From Somniosus microcephalus (Eukaryota), in assembly GCA_052327205.1 (NCBI GenBank), contig CM126224.1, positions 18,042,001 through 18,106,000 on the forward strand: DNA of 64,000 bases, written 5' to 3'. Within the stretch, counting starts at the first letter, position 1; each line of letters starts with the position of its first letter. This document shows positions 12,801-27,800 of this stretch, in pieces. Below the pieces are notes generated by a model. It ran no database searches and had not been told where the DNA came from. It saw only the letters and a list, made by a program, of their open reading frames with translations. The translations under genes were made by a program, and so were the position numbers.

Positions 12801-15800
12801 GCCTGCCCAGCCTGAAAAGAACAGGAGCAGTAGTTTAGGCTCAGTTATAATATACATACAAACTAAATTAAGTCAATGATATTCGCTAATAATAATAACC
12901 TGTATTAATATAGTGCTTTTAATGTAGAAAAAATGTCCCAAGGCGCTTCACAGGAGTATTAAAACAAACAATTTGACACCAAGCAACATAATGACAAATT
13001 AGGGCAGGTGACCAAAAGCTTGGTCAAAGAGGTAGCTTTTAAGGAACGTCTTAAAGGAGGAAAGAGGTAGAGAGAGGCAGAGAGGATTGGGGAGGGGGGG
13101 GGGGGGGGGGGAAATTCCAGAGCTTAGGGCCCAGGCAACAGAAGGCACGGCCACCAATGGTTGCGCAATTATAATCAGGGATGCTCAAGAGGGCAGAATT
13201 AGAGGAGCGCAGATATCTCGGAGGGTTGTGGGGCTGAAGGAGATGACAGAGATAGAGAGGGACGAGGCCGTGGAGAGGTTTGAAAACAAGGATGAGAATT
13301 TTGAAATCGAGGCGTTGCTTAACCGGGAGCCAATGTAGGTCAGCGAGCACAGGGGTGATGGGTGAACAGGACTTGGTGCGAGTTAGGACATGGGCAGCCG
13401 AGTTTTGGATGACCTCAAGTTTACGTAGGGTAGAATGTGGGAGGCCAGCCAGGAGTGCGTTGGAATAGTCAAGTCTAGAGGTAACAAAGGTGTGGAGATG
13501 CCGGTGTTGGACTGGGGTGGACAAATGTAAGAAGTCACACAACACCAGGTTATAGTCCAACAAAACTGTTGGACTATAACCTGGTGTTGTGTGACTTCTT
13601 ACATTAGAGGTAACAAAGGCATGGATGAGGGTTTCAGCAGTAGTTGAGCTGAGGCAAGGATGGAGACGGGTGATGTTGCGGAGGTGGAAGTAGGCAGTCT
13701 TGTGTGGTCGGAAGCTTGTTTCAGGGTCAAATATGACACCAAGGTTGCGAACAATGTGATTCAACCTCAGACAGATGTTAGGGAGAGGGATGGAGTAAGT
13801 AGCTAGGGAACGGAGTTTGTGACGGGGACCAAAAACAATGGCTTTAGTCTTCCCAATATTTAATTGGAGAAAATCGTTTAGCATGTGATGGTTAACTCTG
13901 CACTTAGTCACCAAGTGACAACACTTGCGAGAGATCAACAAACAGGAACAGCACATGCTAGCTTTATTTGTTCTGCAAGGACATGAATGGGGGAGGAAAT
14001 CAAAAGTTATTATCCATTTACACCCCCACTATCAAGTCTCTATCAAATCCATGTGGCAACTCTCAACTATCACAGGGGTAGTCACTAACTTTTGGTCGAG
14101 GGCCAAAAGCAGTGACTTGCTTGAGGATCACTGGCTGTCACCAGAATTTTGATTAAAAAAAGCATAAAAAGTGGACGTCGTGCTTCAGTGCCCAATGTTG
14201 CAGGAGCTATTTTCAAAAAAGGGGACATTAAGCATTTTGCAGTCCCTCTTTGAAACATCCCGAGTCACTCCTGCTTTACAGTTATTAAATGAATTGTCTC
14301 TCTTGGTAATCACAAGAGGCACCACTTTCAGCCCGTCGCCTGGAAGAGTTGGTCTCACACTGGGAAGGCTGGGCACCGACTATTGTAAAGCCCCACTTAA
14401 AAAAAGGTAGGTTTTTAACGTTGAAGCAAGCTCGGGTAGCGTGTTGCATCACCATTCACATTTTAATTGTTGCAAAAACACAATTACTCCCAATAGCTCA
14501 ACAAGATTATCCGGGGAGTAGCTGCACTATACAGGAAAGTCCCAAATTCAATTCACATTCTGTGCTCTGACAAATAAGAGCCCATTAGCTAGCTTTGATT
14601 TTACAAACTCATTGGTGGAAGGCCAGTGAGCAGAGCTGTGCGCACGTTTGGGGAGGCAAACCTGCATGCAGTGAAAATGTGGCTCTCAACTTCACTGCTG
14701 TGAAATAAAGCTAACAATGCATCCTCTACGTAGTTTAAATGCAACATTATGTTCCTCTACTTTTCTGTCTCTTGTCTTTCTCCATTTTTTCCCTTCCCCC
14801 ACCCCGTCGCTTTTTTCCCCATTTGTTTTCCTACCTCTCTCCTTTAATTTCCGATTTGCATCTTCATAGTTTCTTCGACAGCATTTCCCAACCTGCGATC
14901 TCTACCGCCGAGAAGGGCATGGGCAACAAGTGCATGGAACCATCATCACATCTAAGTTTCCCACCAAGTCAACCACCATCCTGACTTGGGACATATATCA
15001 ACATTCCTTCATCGTCACTGGGTCAAAATCCTGAAGCTCCCTCCCTAACAGCACTGTGGAAGTATCAACACAGACTGCAGCGGTTCAAGAATGCGGCTCA
15101 CCACCACCACCTTCTCGAGCAACCAGGGATGGGCAATGCCAGCCTTCCCAGCAAAGCCCATATCACAAGAATGATCTTTTTAAGACCTGGCTGTGGACAC
15201 TAGAGCCATGATCACCAACTTCTTTTGGTCTCCAGCAAAAAAAAAGGCAAACAAACACTGCAATGACAGGTTTATTGGCAGAATGCCGGCGGGGTGCCTT
15301 GATCCGCATGGGCGAATTGCAGGTAGGGCTAAATTCTGCTAAAGGGCACAACACAAGCTTGCAAGGGACACAGACTGTACAGCTAGTACCCCTGCATTAG
15401 CAAGTTTCAGAGTCGCCAGAGTTGAGCTTTCATTTTTCTTTCTCTGCCAAAATATCTCCACTCTACTCAACTGAGAACCCACCAGACCGGATGTGGGAAT
15501 CATATCCAAAACACTAACCCTTCGTTCCCTTTCAAATGCTGATCTATCTGCTCGAGACAATTTTTATTTCAGACTTGTGACCTTTCTTTTTATCCTTAGC
15601 ACTTTACTAGTTGGCTGTCAGTGTGAAATTAATTTCCATTCACCTCATCCACAACGACACAGCTAAATGGTTCATGTCCCAATTTTCGGAATGACATCTC
15701 CAAAAGCATAAGACCACTGGTACTCAAAGTGCAGCAGATGATGTGAGATTCCAGAATTATGTTTAGCTGGGTGTCCTGGGTTCGACCTCGAAGCTGGAAA

Positions 15801-18800
15801 GAGCACAACAGTCAGTTGACTTTTCGTCTTTAGATATGCTCCGAGCTTTCGTGCTGTGACGATGATTTTTTTGGGTACACATTCAGTCATGTAGTACTGA
15901 AGCTGAACTGATTAGATTAATAATCAACACATGCATTTTGAAGTTCAAATTAGAGATACAGTTTAAACTTTCCTGATGCTTACTTTAATCATCAATAATT
16001 AGCATCAGAATGGCTAAATTACCAAAACAAGTTATCTGTACTGAAGGAACTTGCATTTATATATGCATTGTACTAACTCGGGTGTCCCAATGCACTTCAC
16101 TTCCAATGAATTATTTTTAAGTACAGTCACGGTTATGTAGGCAAATGTTGCAGCTAATTTGCACACAGCAAAGTCCAGAAACAGCAAATGAAATGAGTGG
16201 TCAGTTAATCGGTTTTGATGCTGTTGGTTGCGGGATAAATGTTGGTCAGGACACTAAGAGAACTTCCCTGTTTTGAATAATTCTGCAGGATCTTTTACAT
16301 CTGCCCAACAGCCAGACAAGGGCCTCGGTTTAACATTTCATCCGAAAGATGGCAGCTCGAACAATGCAGCACTCCACTGTCAGCTTAGATTATGTGCTTA
16401 GTCATTGAGTGAGGCTCAAACTCTCAACTTCTGGCTTAGAGACAAGGGTGTTGTCTGAGCCACTTGGATAACACTGATAAGCCACACCACATTGGTAGAA
16501 ATAATTTCTGTTGCAATAGGACAACTGTTCAAACACTATTACCATAGGAACAAATAAAACAAAACACAACACAATTACCTTCTCTTTAACAATTGTTCCA
16601 CTTCACAAACATCTTTATAAATGCTTTATTGTTTTTTTGGCACTAAATTGGGTTTTAAACCATTTTCAACTGTAGGGTTGCAAGTTAAAATAATGGTTCC
16701 AAAAATAAGACATTAAACTTGAGGTACAGTTGGGCAAGAACAGGAAGAGGATACTGTGACACACAAACGTTACTATAGCCTCAAAAACTCTGACTCCTAT
16801 AACATTCCTTCTTCTTCCATTCAAGTTATGGAAACTGATACCAGCTACTGGATCAGCAGCAGGTGGTTAGACGGGGGAAGCTTTAAGATTGAGAAGCCAC
16901 CCTAGTGGTGTAATAATTAACATTTTGTAATTTCTAGACTCATTTTCTTTTCTATTGTAGCACCCACATTACAGATGGGAAATGATGCACAAGGCACTGA
17001 CTTAACAAATTTGTGTTGAACACACATGCAGATCTTGCATATCTACAGCAGATTTACAAGAAAGGGCATAAAAAGCAAACAAAATTGAAACCACAGTGTA
17101 CAAAAGTGTGCAGTTTGCATCCAAGCGCTTTCTGGATATTTTGTTTAGCCATTTTTAAATTCAACCGATCGGACTAAGCCATCATCCAACAAGTGGAATA
17201 TTTATCAATCACATTACTGATTAGCTCCTCAATGTCGTGGTCCACTGTGTTAATGCTTCAGCAACATCTGAAAGCACCATCACTCAAGTTATGCATGTGC
17301 AGTTCTTGAACTTGGCTGAGCAACTCATTCTCCAGCAAGTACAGTATTAAGATTTAAGTAAGCAAATACTTGCATTTAAAGTGCCTCATTACATTGCAAC
17401 CTTTTAAAGTGGTTCATGACATGATTCAGTGTTTGAGTGCAGTGATTCTTATGTAGATAAATCAAAAGTTAGTCAGTGATTGTTCCAGAATACCCAAAAT
17501 AGTGAAAAAATTAGCCAATAGTAACTATTTACTGAAAGTAATAAAAGACGTTGACTATTCAATATATTTAAAATATTCAGTAAATGGACAAATAGCTGCC
17601 AATGTGGATTGCTGCAATTTGACAGTTGCGGATGTAAGATGGTTGAAAAATAGCCAAGTCTTTCAGCTCTTACCTCCTTCAGTTTGCGTCCAAGCTCCTC
17701 CCTCTCCCTCTCCAATCGTCTCCTCTCTTGAGTTGCCAATTCAATCTGGAGAACAGATGGCAGGATAGAAAATCTTTGGTTTTCAAATAACTTAGAAGCC
17801 AATCACCCTTATAGATGCTAATGTCTTTACAGTAACCGTAAAACTCATTTGTGAAGCGGTACCCCTCTTTTGAAGCATGAATTCAGACACAATGATGTTC
17901 TAGAATTATGAAGCACCAGCACTCTGAAAACCAAGATACAATACCAATTATTAAATTATCCAGTATTGTACAAATTATTTTTGAGGGTACATGTACCCTT
18001 CTGTGAGGACCTAATGTGATTCCTCTTCCCTCTCCACAAAATGGCACATGAACTCCACTTGATAGACTGCTGCTCAAATTAGGAACTCAGATTCCACTAT
18101 GCGAGGCATTGCTGGTCCAACAACCCTGGCAATACACCAACACAGATTTAAGCTTGTAGTAAAAACTTAAAGCAAGCAGGGTGGTAATGGTAGAATTTAA
18201 ACATGGGGTTAATACATTTTGGGTGATACAACATTAAGCTAGAATAAGTTTCAGGTGATGCAACGGTAAACTGAAACCTGTTTGATCATATTGTGTGAGG
18301 TACCAATCAGAGGATCATTTGATCACATTGGTTGGGACTGACCATTTATTCACAGCATGAGGGCTTTTGATCAAGGTAAGTAAGGGCAGATGGTGGATTA
18401 CAATCTATAGACAATTCCAAAGGCGAGTTTGCATATTCATTAAATGGGTTTGCATGCAAAGTAAACAATACAAGAATGGAGCCACAGAACTGGGACCACA
18501 GGGTGACCAAACGACAGCAGGAATGGAGACAGGATATAAACTGGGAGAAAGGTAGAACTGTAGAGAATCAAAGGAAGAAATAGAAGAGGCAGCGGTTATG
18601 TCCCTACCCAGATGAGCAGGTAATACCGTTTTGCTTATTTCTCTGTACTTTTTCTTCGTTCATAGGATGTGGGTGACGCTGGCAAGGCCAGCATTTATTG
18701 CCCATCCCTAATTGCTTTCGAGAAGGTGGTGGTGAGCCGCCTTTTTGAACCGCTGCAGTCCATGTGGTGAAGGTACTCCCAACAGTGCTGTTAGGGAGGA

Positions 18801-21800
18801 AGTTCCGGGATTTTGACCCAGCGACGATGAAGGAACGGCGATATACTTCCAAGTCAGGATGGTGTGCGACTTGGAGGGGAACTTGGAGGTGATGGTGTTC
18901 CCATGCGCCTGCTGCCCTTGTCCTTCTAGGTGGAAGAGGTCGCGGGTTTGGGAGATGCTGCCAAAGAAGCCTTGGCGAGTTGCTGCAGTGCATCTTGTAG
19001 ATGGCACACACTGCAGCCACAGTACGCCGGTGGTGGAGGGAGTGAATGTTTAAGGTGGTGGATGGGGTGCCAATCAAGCGGGCTGCTTTGTCTGGGATGG
19101 TGTTGAGCTTCTTGAGTGTTGTTGGAGCTGCACTCATCCAGGCAAGTGGTTGTAATGACTTTACTTATTCCATATCAATAAAGTCATTGCACAGCCAATA
19201 TGGCGTCTTCCTCGAATGCTTACAACTCTAATGTGCATCTCTCAAAGAATTACACAGAATTTACAGCACAGAAACAGGCCATTTGGCCCAAATATTCTGT
19301 GCCAGTGTTTATGGTCCACACGAGCCTCTTCGTACTCTAGTTCATCTGAGACTCCAGGTTCCACCGTGCAGCCAGTGCGTCAACTGATGTACAAAGGAAC
19401 AAGTTTCTTTCTTCAAAATCAAAATAGTGATCACCAAGAACAGACAGGATTTCCCTAGCCAACATTGTCACTTCTTGAATGCTTCTTTTACCTTTTGTTT
19501 GTGCTTGTTTTGACACTCTAAACAATTACATTTATAATCATGATAGGTTAAAATTTTAGGCATGATCAGAAGGTGCATGTTATTTATCCGTCTACTGGAG
19601 GTGGCACATCGCTCCATCAGGGAGCTGAGCACTGCTTGCTTTTCGCAATCACCCTTATGCAGTGAATTAACATTCATTGTTACCTGTGTGTATTTTTAAA
19701 ACCTTCCCAGCACTTGCATTCCTGATTTCTGCCATGTCACAATGCCTACATAACAGCATTTTTGTGGAAACAGATGAATCTTTACTGCACTGCTTTGACT
19801 TTTTTTAAAAAAAGAGATTTTTGGTGTGTTGATTTTGGCATCACAATTGATGTGGAACGATAGTGAAATCATGATCTGCCACACTCAACTACCACTGCTT
19901 GAATAAACAGCCATCAAATTGGCTGCTGAGGAAAGTAGCTAGACAGAACAACAAAAAAAGGTCGCAACCAAGGGCAACACAGCACCAAATACTGAAGGAC
20001 TCTAGGGCGGCAATATTAGGGAGTTAAAGAGGGGACAATTGGTATGGGATTAACAACAACTTTTTAGAAACAATTTTTAATTGAGATGCATCAAGAAGGC
20101 GAATGGAAAACATTCTATTCATTCACGTCAGAGGACACTGTATCCAACATAAGGATTCACTTTCCATTAAGTATATACTGGTAGAATAGAAAAACTTGCA
20201 TTTATGTAGCGCCTTTTACAACCTCAGGGCATCCCAAAACACTTTACAGCCAATGAAGTACTTTTGAAGTGTAGTCACTGTTGTAATGAAGGAAATGCGG
20301 CAGCCACTTGCGCACAGCAAGCTCCCACAAATAGCAATGTGATATTGACCAGATAATCTGTGATGTTGATTGAGGGATAAATATTGGCCAGAACACCGGG
20401 GATAACTCCCCTGCTCTTCTTCGAAATAGTGCCATGGGATCTTTTACGTCCACCCGAGAGCAGACGGGGCCTCGGTTTAACATCTCATCTGGAAGATGGC
20501 ACCTCTGGCAGCCTAGATTTTTGTGTTCAAGTCTCTGGAGCTGGACTTGAACCCATAACCTTCTGACACAGAAGCGAGAGTGCTACCCACTGAGCCACTG
20601 CTGACACACAATAATCAGTGCATACTTTAGTCATTCCTATTATTTTCAGATTTGTTACAAATAACTTTTACACCTAACTGTTGGATAATATAACACTACA
20701 CTTTCGCTGGCACGCGAGTAGTTAACACACTAGCAGCATCATCTACCACAGTATTGAAAGTACAACACAAACACTTCTGTATATTCTGCCAAAATACCTA
20801 TACACGGTAAAGTAAGCTCTTCAACTAGTATGACAATAGATCTCCTCCCCACTACTGCTCAAGTCCCACATTAAAAAGATCTCAGAATTTACCTGCTCCT
20901 TGTCTTTTTTGATGATGGCACATTTCTTCCCCAGTTCATCTAGCCTCCTGTCCAACCAATCCTTTTGCCTCTGATTGAGCTGATTGGCATCAGGTTGGCC
21001 CTTCTCTGCACAGCCACAAATAACCATTTTAGAATAAGAGAGCAAGAATAACAACTTATAGGCATTTAAACTCATACAAGTTCGTCATCAACGAAATGGT
21101 AGATATCAAAATTTTACCCAACGATTCTCTGATCAGATCATAGACACGAGTCCGTGTGCACTACAGGTCACAAGCTATTGCAGTTTTACTTTGTACTGAA
21201 TTAAAACTTATTTCCAAGTATTAAGAGCCAACAAAATTAATACCACACATTTCCCACAAGCTACACTTTTTCTTTCATACCTAACTTATTTAACACTTAG
21301 AAAAAAATGTAGGTGGGTGTACTTTCAATAAAAAGCATTCTCACTCTCCATCTAAGTATGGCGGAAAAACACTTAACTAAATTTTGTCAAACATCGATTT
21401 GCCTTTTAAAATTCTGTGCTGGCTGCCCTTGATTAACCATTGCCTTGCTAAATGCTTACTCATTTTATCTGATTCTCTTCCCCACCACGACCACTGTACG
21501 ATAGAAATTTCAATGAAAGAGTTTAACCTTAAAAGTCTTTTTTTTCTCCCAGGCAGAAGGTACTTACTCATTCTATGATTTACTTGATAATCCAGACTGA
21601 ACCTCATCACATCAGAAGAGATGGCTTTCTCGGCACCCAGTCTTACCAGGTTCACATCTCCACAGTTTCCTGAAGAGAAAAAAAGCATTGAATAATTAAT
21701 AAATTGGCAGCACTTCTTGTGAAATTATATGGTACTAAGTGTACAAACCCACAACTTGTCAACAGCAATTAAGTGGGTTAACCATTTTTGTTTAAAAGTG

Positions 21801-24800
21801 TTGCTTGATTATATAATCACACTTTAAAATAAACAGTTCCATATCTTTAAATGGGTTGCACTCTGTTGATCAGAAATGTCACTTAACATTTCCCTGATGT
21901 TGTTTGCCGAGTGCATAATTAATTTTTCATTACCCATTACTTGGGGGAGCGAAGCCAAGAGAGAGCAAGTGTGTACACCAGAGAGGGAGAAAGAGAATAT
22001 CTCCCATGGCAATGCTCATGGCGAGTAATAGGATTCACTGTTTTAGAACAACCAGGGTGTATGTACCACGTAGCAGATACCATCAGGGTCCTACATTTAC
22101 GGTGACTGATTAAGTCAAACTTCAGTTTTGTTGAATAGCATTTTGGAATTTTTAAATTGGTGCTTTGGAGATTGAATTCCACAAAGTTAAATTTAAAAAA
22201 AACAGCAAGTGGTATACCTAAGCATTTCTCCTTATCTTTGCGCTTCAACTTAAAATCAATAATGATTTTCTTCATGAGGTCGTCAATGGCTGCGTTTGAT
22301 GGTGCACACACAAGAATCCTGGTCCGTTTAGTTCTAATGTTCCTGCTGTTAGATGGTTTAACATTCTCTTGTCCCTAGATTTGGAAGGTATAAACCAGCA
22401 TGAGAAAGTAGTGGAGAAGTATCTCTGACAAACATCTCCTACCTTATTGCCTTTTAAACAAAATTAATTGAAAGGATACACTGGCACCAATTTAAATATT
22501 GAAGATTTTGTTTTTGGGAGGAGGGCAAGAGCATAAAATAAATAACACCCCTGAAGTTAAATGCAACAGATTCTTCTTTATTAATATACATTTTCATAAA
22601 CATAAAGTAAACAAAAAACACATAAGGGTTGGACTGACTACTCTGAAGGAACATTTGGCCATTTTCTCAAGGTGCACGATTTATCTGAAGTAGTTAAACC
22701 AGGGAGCTACCAAACACATTGGTAGGACCATTACATGATGCTACACAGTGAGATTCTAATCTCTTGAAGCAAAGGAAGTAGCGGGGGGGGGAGGCTAGAT
22801 ACCAAAGGGGTGTTAGGGAGGCAGTCACGCTAGGCCACTCTCGGAGACTTTCCAGAAACCACCTGTGAACAATACTGACAAAGGCCAGGGAACACATCAT
22901 CGGTTTGTCCCTCCAGCTGAGGAATGATGAGCAATGTGAAGCAACTCTAAACAGGAATAGAGGTAAAAGCAAAGCGAATCAATTGTATTTAATTCTTACC
23001 GCTTCCCCCAGACTTTCATCCCCAACAGAACCAAAGTCCCCAAGGTCTTGGATGAGCATAACTTTCAACCACTAAAACATGAATATTTCCCATTTTGAAG
23101 CTGGTAGTTCAATTCTGTCCGAAAAGACTCACTTGTCTCAGAATTGCATAGTTACACTCCATCTAGTGATGGCAGTACCTCATTAAGCAGACGGTGCAGG
23201 AACCCAACAATAGTTTTCGATTTTCCTGTTCCAGGGGGCCCTTGTATGAGACAGACCTTGGGAATTCTTGGTTGTTTAACCATCGCGAACGCCATGTTAA
23301 TAGCTTTCTGCTGCTGCGCGTTGTAATCGTTCTGTGTAGGGAAAAGGGAAATGTAAAATACAGGGTCTTAAACAGTGAGCAGCCACACATTATTTCAATA
23401 ATCCTAGCACAGAAAACATACAAGTAATTTACCAGTATGCTAAGTTTTTGCTTCTGTCTTGATGAGCAAAGCTGATGATAATATTCACTTTTTGGAGGGG
23501 AGGGCATGAGGGAAAGGGAGAGACATGTCAATGTTTTGGTAGGATACATGTAGCAAATCATTTGATATTAAATTTGAATCAAACAACACTAACTGTTGTC
23601 CAGATTAGAAACTTTAATTTTTGCATGAGCAGTTTCATACAAATTGCATTACTATATATCATTCTCTTTCATCGAACCTCCACTACAATCATACGCAGGC
23701 ATGAAAATAATCTCACTTTTACTTCTGCTTTTGTAAAACAAGAAAGATCATCTCCATACATTTGCATTACTAATGTAGGAGTGATTGAGCTGAACAGAAT
23801 ATAGAGCACAGTAAACGGACTTGGAAAGCTCCTTTCACATGAACAAAACAAAAATGGTTTAAAATGTTCTAATTTACATTCAACAGATGCAGAGCCCTTC
23901 ATTAGAAGAGGCAAAACCATCACCAAATAATAACATTTAAGGCTCTAGCTTTCAATTTGTACGTTTTAGAAGATTTAACAGCTTTCACCACAAACTGTCA
24001 TTAATTTAAATTGCATAAACCACCTAACATTGCAAAATTAAATGCCCTAGTGGAACAAAGCTACAAAAAGTTAGATTACTCTGCGTGTGCACTAATTTCA
24101 TGGTAATTAATTTTTTGCAAAGGTTTGTTACTCATTACTAGATTTTACTTACAGCACAGCTCCACTTTGCACCCTCCACCAAGTCTCGTTGAGTAAAGCA
24201 TGAGTAATTTGCTGAAAGAATTGGCATGATCAGAGGAGTCTTGCTTAGAAAAAGCAATCCTTTGAACTGCCTTATGGTGGTCACAAGGGAACCAATTACG
24301 TCACACCTCACTGGCTGGTTTTTCACTGCACTAATATACCCTCGCGTATGGATTGAAAGGTGAAGAGTTGTCTGTGAATCACGCCCTGTTCAAAAAGAAA
24401 ATCAGGTGAAAGGCAGTTGTAAAAGACAAGGAAAAAAAAAGAGGAAGTTCAACTTCAAAAATTTGTTTTCCGCCCTACAAACAGGAAATGTTATAAAACA
24501 ACAAAAATTGCCAAAAAATTATCAGTGTGAAGGAAATAGATTTTATATTCAGAGCCAGTGATGGTGAGTGTCAAACATTTCTTGATCAATTACCTTGTAC
24601 CTATCCAGTGCTCAATCTGAACACTGCAACCAACTGAGCATATGCAAGACTTCTCCATATAGTAGAAACAGTCCAATGTTCTAGCAATTATGCATTTCAG
24701 ACCCATGAAAATGTTGGGTCTATGATTCTGTTGTCAATCAAGACTGCCTCTGGGAGCAAACATGGGGAACCATCTTGCATATTTGCTTTTTGTGTCTCCA

Positions 24801-27800
24801 CATCAATGGCAGAGCTTACTGAGTGCAGCTCCTTATGTAGGCTGCAAAAGCAGGAGAATTCCGCACAGGAGTTGCTCACCAATTGAAAAAGTAAAAGCAT
24901 CTGTGGTTATGAAGCTCCTTCCACAAACTGTCCTATAGGTCTTAATCTGATTAGTAACTTCTACTGCATCAGTGCAATAATACCATTTTACAAATTTTGG
25001 GTCTGCACGGCATACTCTCTCTAGTTCAGCATCAGCAATTTCTCCCATAAGCAGAGGCTATGTCCCTCCCAATCAGAAATTTAGCTTTACTATCCAATAT
25101 CTAGTCATATAATAGCATGACCCAGGGGCTCATAACAATCGCCGGATTTTGCGGTGGTAATCATGGCGAAACTGTCAGCGTTTGCCGTCATTACCCCTCT
25201 GAAACTGACCGTAACTTCAGGATTTTGCACGCGTGCAGAAAAACGCGGAAATCCTGAAGCCGCGGCCAGTCATTCCCTGCGCTGCCACAGGTTGCGCTGT
25301 GGAACGGCCCATAGCCAGCAATCACTTGAACTGACACAAACTTCTCCTTTTCGCTCTAATATCACTGTTTAAAAACCCCATAAAAAGTTAAGCCTCATTC
25401 AGTGATACTGAACCACCATTCTGGCCCTGAAAAACTAATTTTATATTTGTGGAATGTCAAATTTCTCCATTATGATAAAAAAAATTACTAGGTTTTTAAA
25501 ATAATAATAAAAAAATTAAGTTTGTTTTTAAAGTTTATGATATTTCAGCTTCTACCTTAACCCCATGTGTATGTCCCAATCTTTATTTCGCTCTGTAAAA
25601 TTTTTATGAAGTGAATGAAAAAAAGCTGCTTTTTATTTCCCGGTTTGCGGTCTGTGAGAATTCTTCAATGTGATTGGCTGCTTAAACAGCTTGATGACAT
25701 CAATGCTGCTATACGCTGGAGATCCTCTATTGACAGCGCTACAATCAAAGCAACGTCGAGAAAGCTAAACCTTTTGCCACAGAGATCGCGATATCTGTGT
25801 GGGCAGCTTCCTTCGAGGTCAGCGGCGATCGCCTTCACTTCGCCACTGACCGCAAATTCCGGGCCTATGAACCTCCATGTGAACTGGATACTCTAAACCT
25901 GCACATGTCCCCTTGTTTGTTTCACCCATCTTCCAAAAGGCGGCCTGATAAACAGTTCAGTGAGGTGAGACTAATTATAAACCAAGAGTCAGCCTTGGCT
26001 CAGTGGTCTCACCCGAGTCAGGAGGTTGTGGGTCCAAGCCCCACTACATAATCTAGGCTGACACTGGAGTGCAGTATTGATTTTCAGATGAGACATTAAA
26101 CCCCGAAGTCAAGTCTGCTCTTTCAAATGGACAAAAAATATTCCACGGCGCTATTGGAAGGAGGGCAGGGAGCTCTCCTAGTGTCCAGCCCAAAGTTTAT
26201 ATCTCTCAAACATGACCAAAAACACAGTTTATTTGGTCATTTATCTCATTGTTGTATGTGGGACCTTGCCGTGCAGAAATTTGCTACTGCAATTCCCTAC
26301 ATTCAACAGTAGTTACACTTGAAATGCATTTAATTGGCTGTGAGCATTTTAGGATGCGTTGAGAATGTGTTGAGAATATCAAAGCCACCATATAAATGCA
26401 AGTTCTTTCTTAACAGTCTTATTTATAAATAATATGAACAAACAGAATAGTACAGGAAACTCTGGTATCCAGCACTGACGGGACCGGGCTGGTGCCATAC
26501 CATCAAAACTGCCGTAGAAACCAGCGCTAATGTTAAAACATACGGAGCTTTTGAGCTCCGTGTGAATCAACAAACCCTGCTGCTTAGCAACAGCTTCAAA
26601 ACAGTCAGCCGCAGCTTAAAAGCGTCTCTGTAGCTAAGCAACAGCTTCAGCTAGACCTTGCAGAGCCTGACTGGAAAAAAAAAAGAGAAGTAAATAAACT
26701 TATAGGAAACGGCTCCTGAATTTTGCCGGTAGATAGAGCTTTCCGGACATTTAACCTCCGGTTAAACGAAAGTTTCCTGTACTTAGGGAATTCAAACCAA
26801 ATTTGTAACATTCCTCATAACAAAATAACAAAGCATGTCACAATGTCCCAGTGTGGAGGAGAACTGCACTTTTCTCAAACTGGTTGGCACTAAGCTTAAG
26901 GAGAGTGTCCTGGTTCCTAACCCACACCCCCAAAAGTTGTATGTTGTGGATTTAACCTGTGTTAAGCTGAATTTAGCTTAATAGCAACATTTTAATATAA
27001 ATTATCTGAAAGTACTCCTAGGATTCAGGGGCTCCAGCCTTTTTATTTTGAACTGTCAAAAAGGTTCTGAACCCCTGAGAATGAATCCTTAGAATCTTGA
27101 ATCTGACTTCATATCAAAACCATTATTATACCTTAAACCAAAAATCCCTTCTGAGCCACAGTGGAGTCTGAATACAACATCCTCGAACTCAAACCATTTA
27201 TTGTAATGATTAAAGTGGTGCTTTTTATAGTGTCAAATGACCGATTATTTTAAAAACATGTGAAACAATGTGCACTTGCATTCAGTGGAAGGTTTTGTTT
27301 TAATTTTGTTTGCACCAGAAACTTGAGGGACTTGAACTGCCTTCCTCAACGATCTGCTGCTAAAAGCTAATAATTGGAAAAGGAACACTTAGCTTTTAAT
27401 CTCCTACACAACACAAGACAGAATTATTTCTCTGTATTCCTACTAAACTCACCAGCTGAAAAGCGTGATGTCCTTGAGATATGGCCTATATGAGGGACTG
27501 GAGTATCATTCATTGTCTCGCCTTCTTCTGCCATGTAGTAATTCTGATTCTGGGGCAGCCAAAGAAACACAACATCATCCTCCTTAGGGTGTAGCTGTTT
27601 TACAAGTTCATGGTCACGTAGTAAAACTGAGTAAACAAAGATACTGCGGTAAGCAAGGATTAAAATACAATACTGATAACTATATGTACAGCATTGGCAA
27701 CAAAAACAGCAATTTTCTTGTCATTTCGCTCGCAATTAGATTGAAATCGAAGTTTGAATGGCTGTCATGGCTGGAATGAACCCTCTGGGTTGACACTGAC

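Noticed and set aside
19337-19684. Two overlapping short minus-strand ORFs in the intron between coding exons 15 and 16
   Set aside because: The SETX frame is complete without them and there is no recognisable domain.
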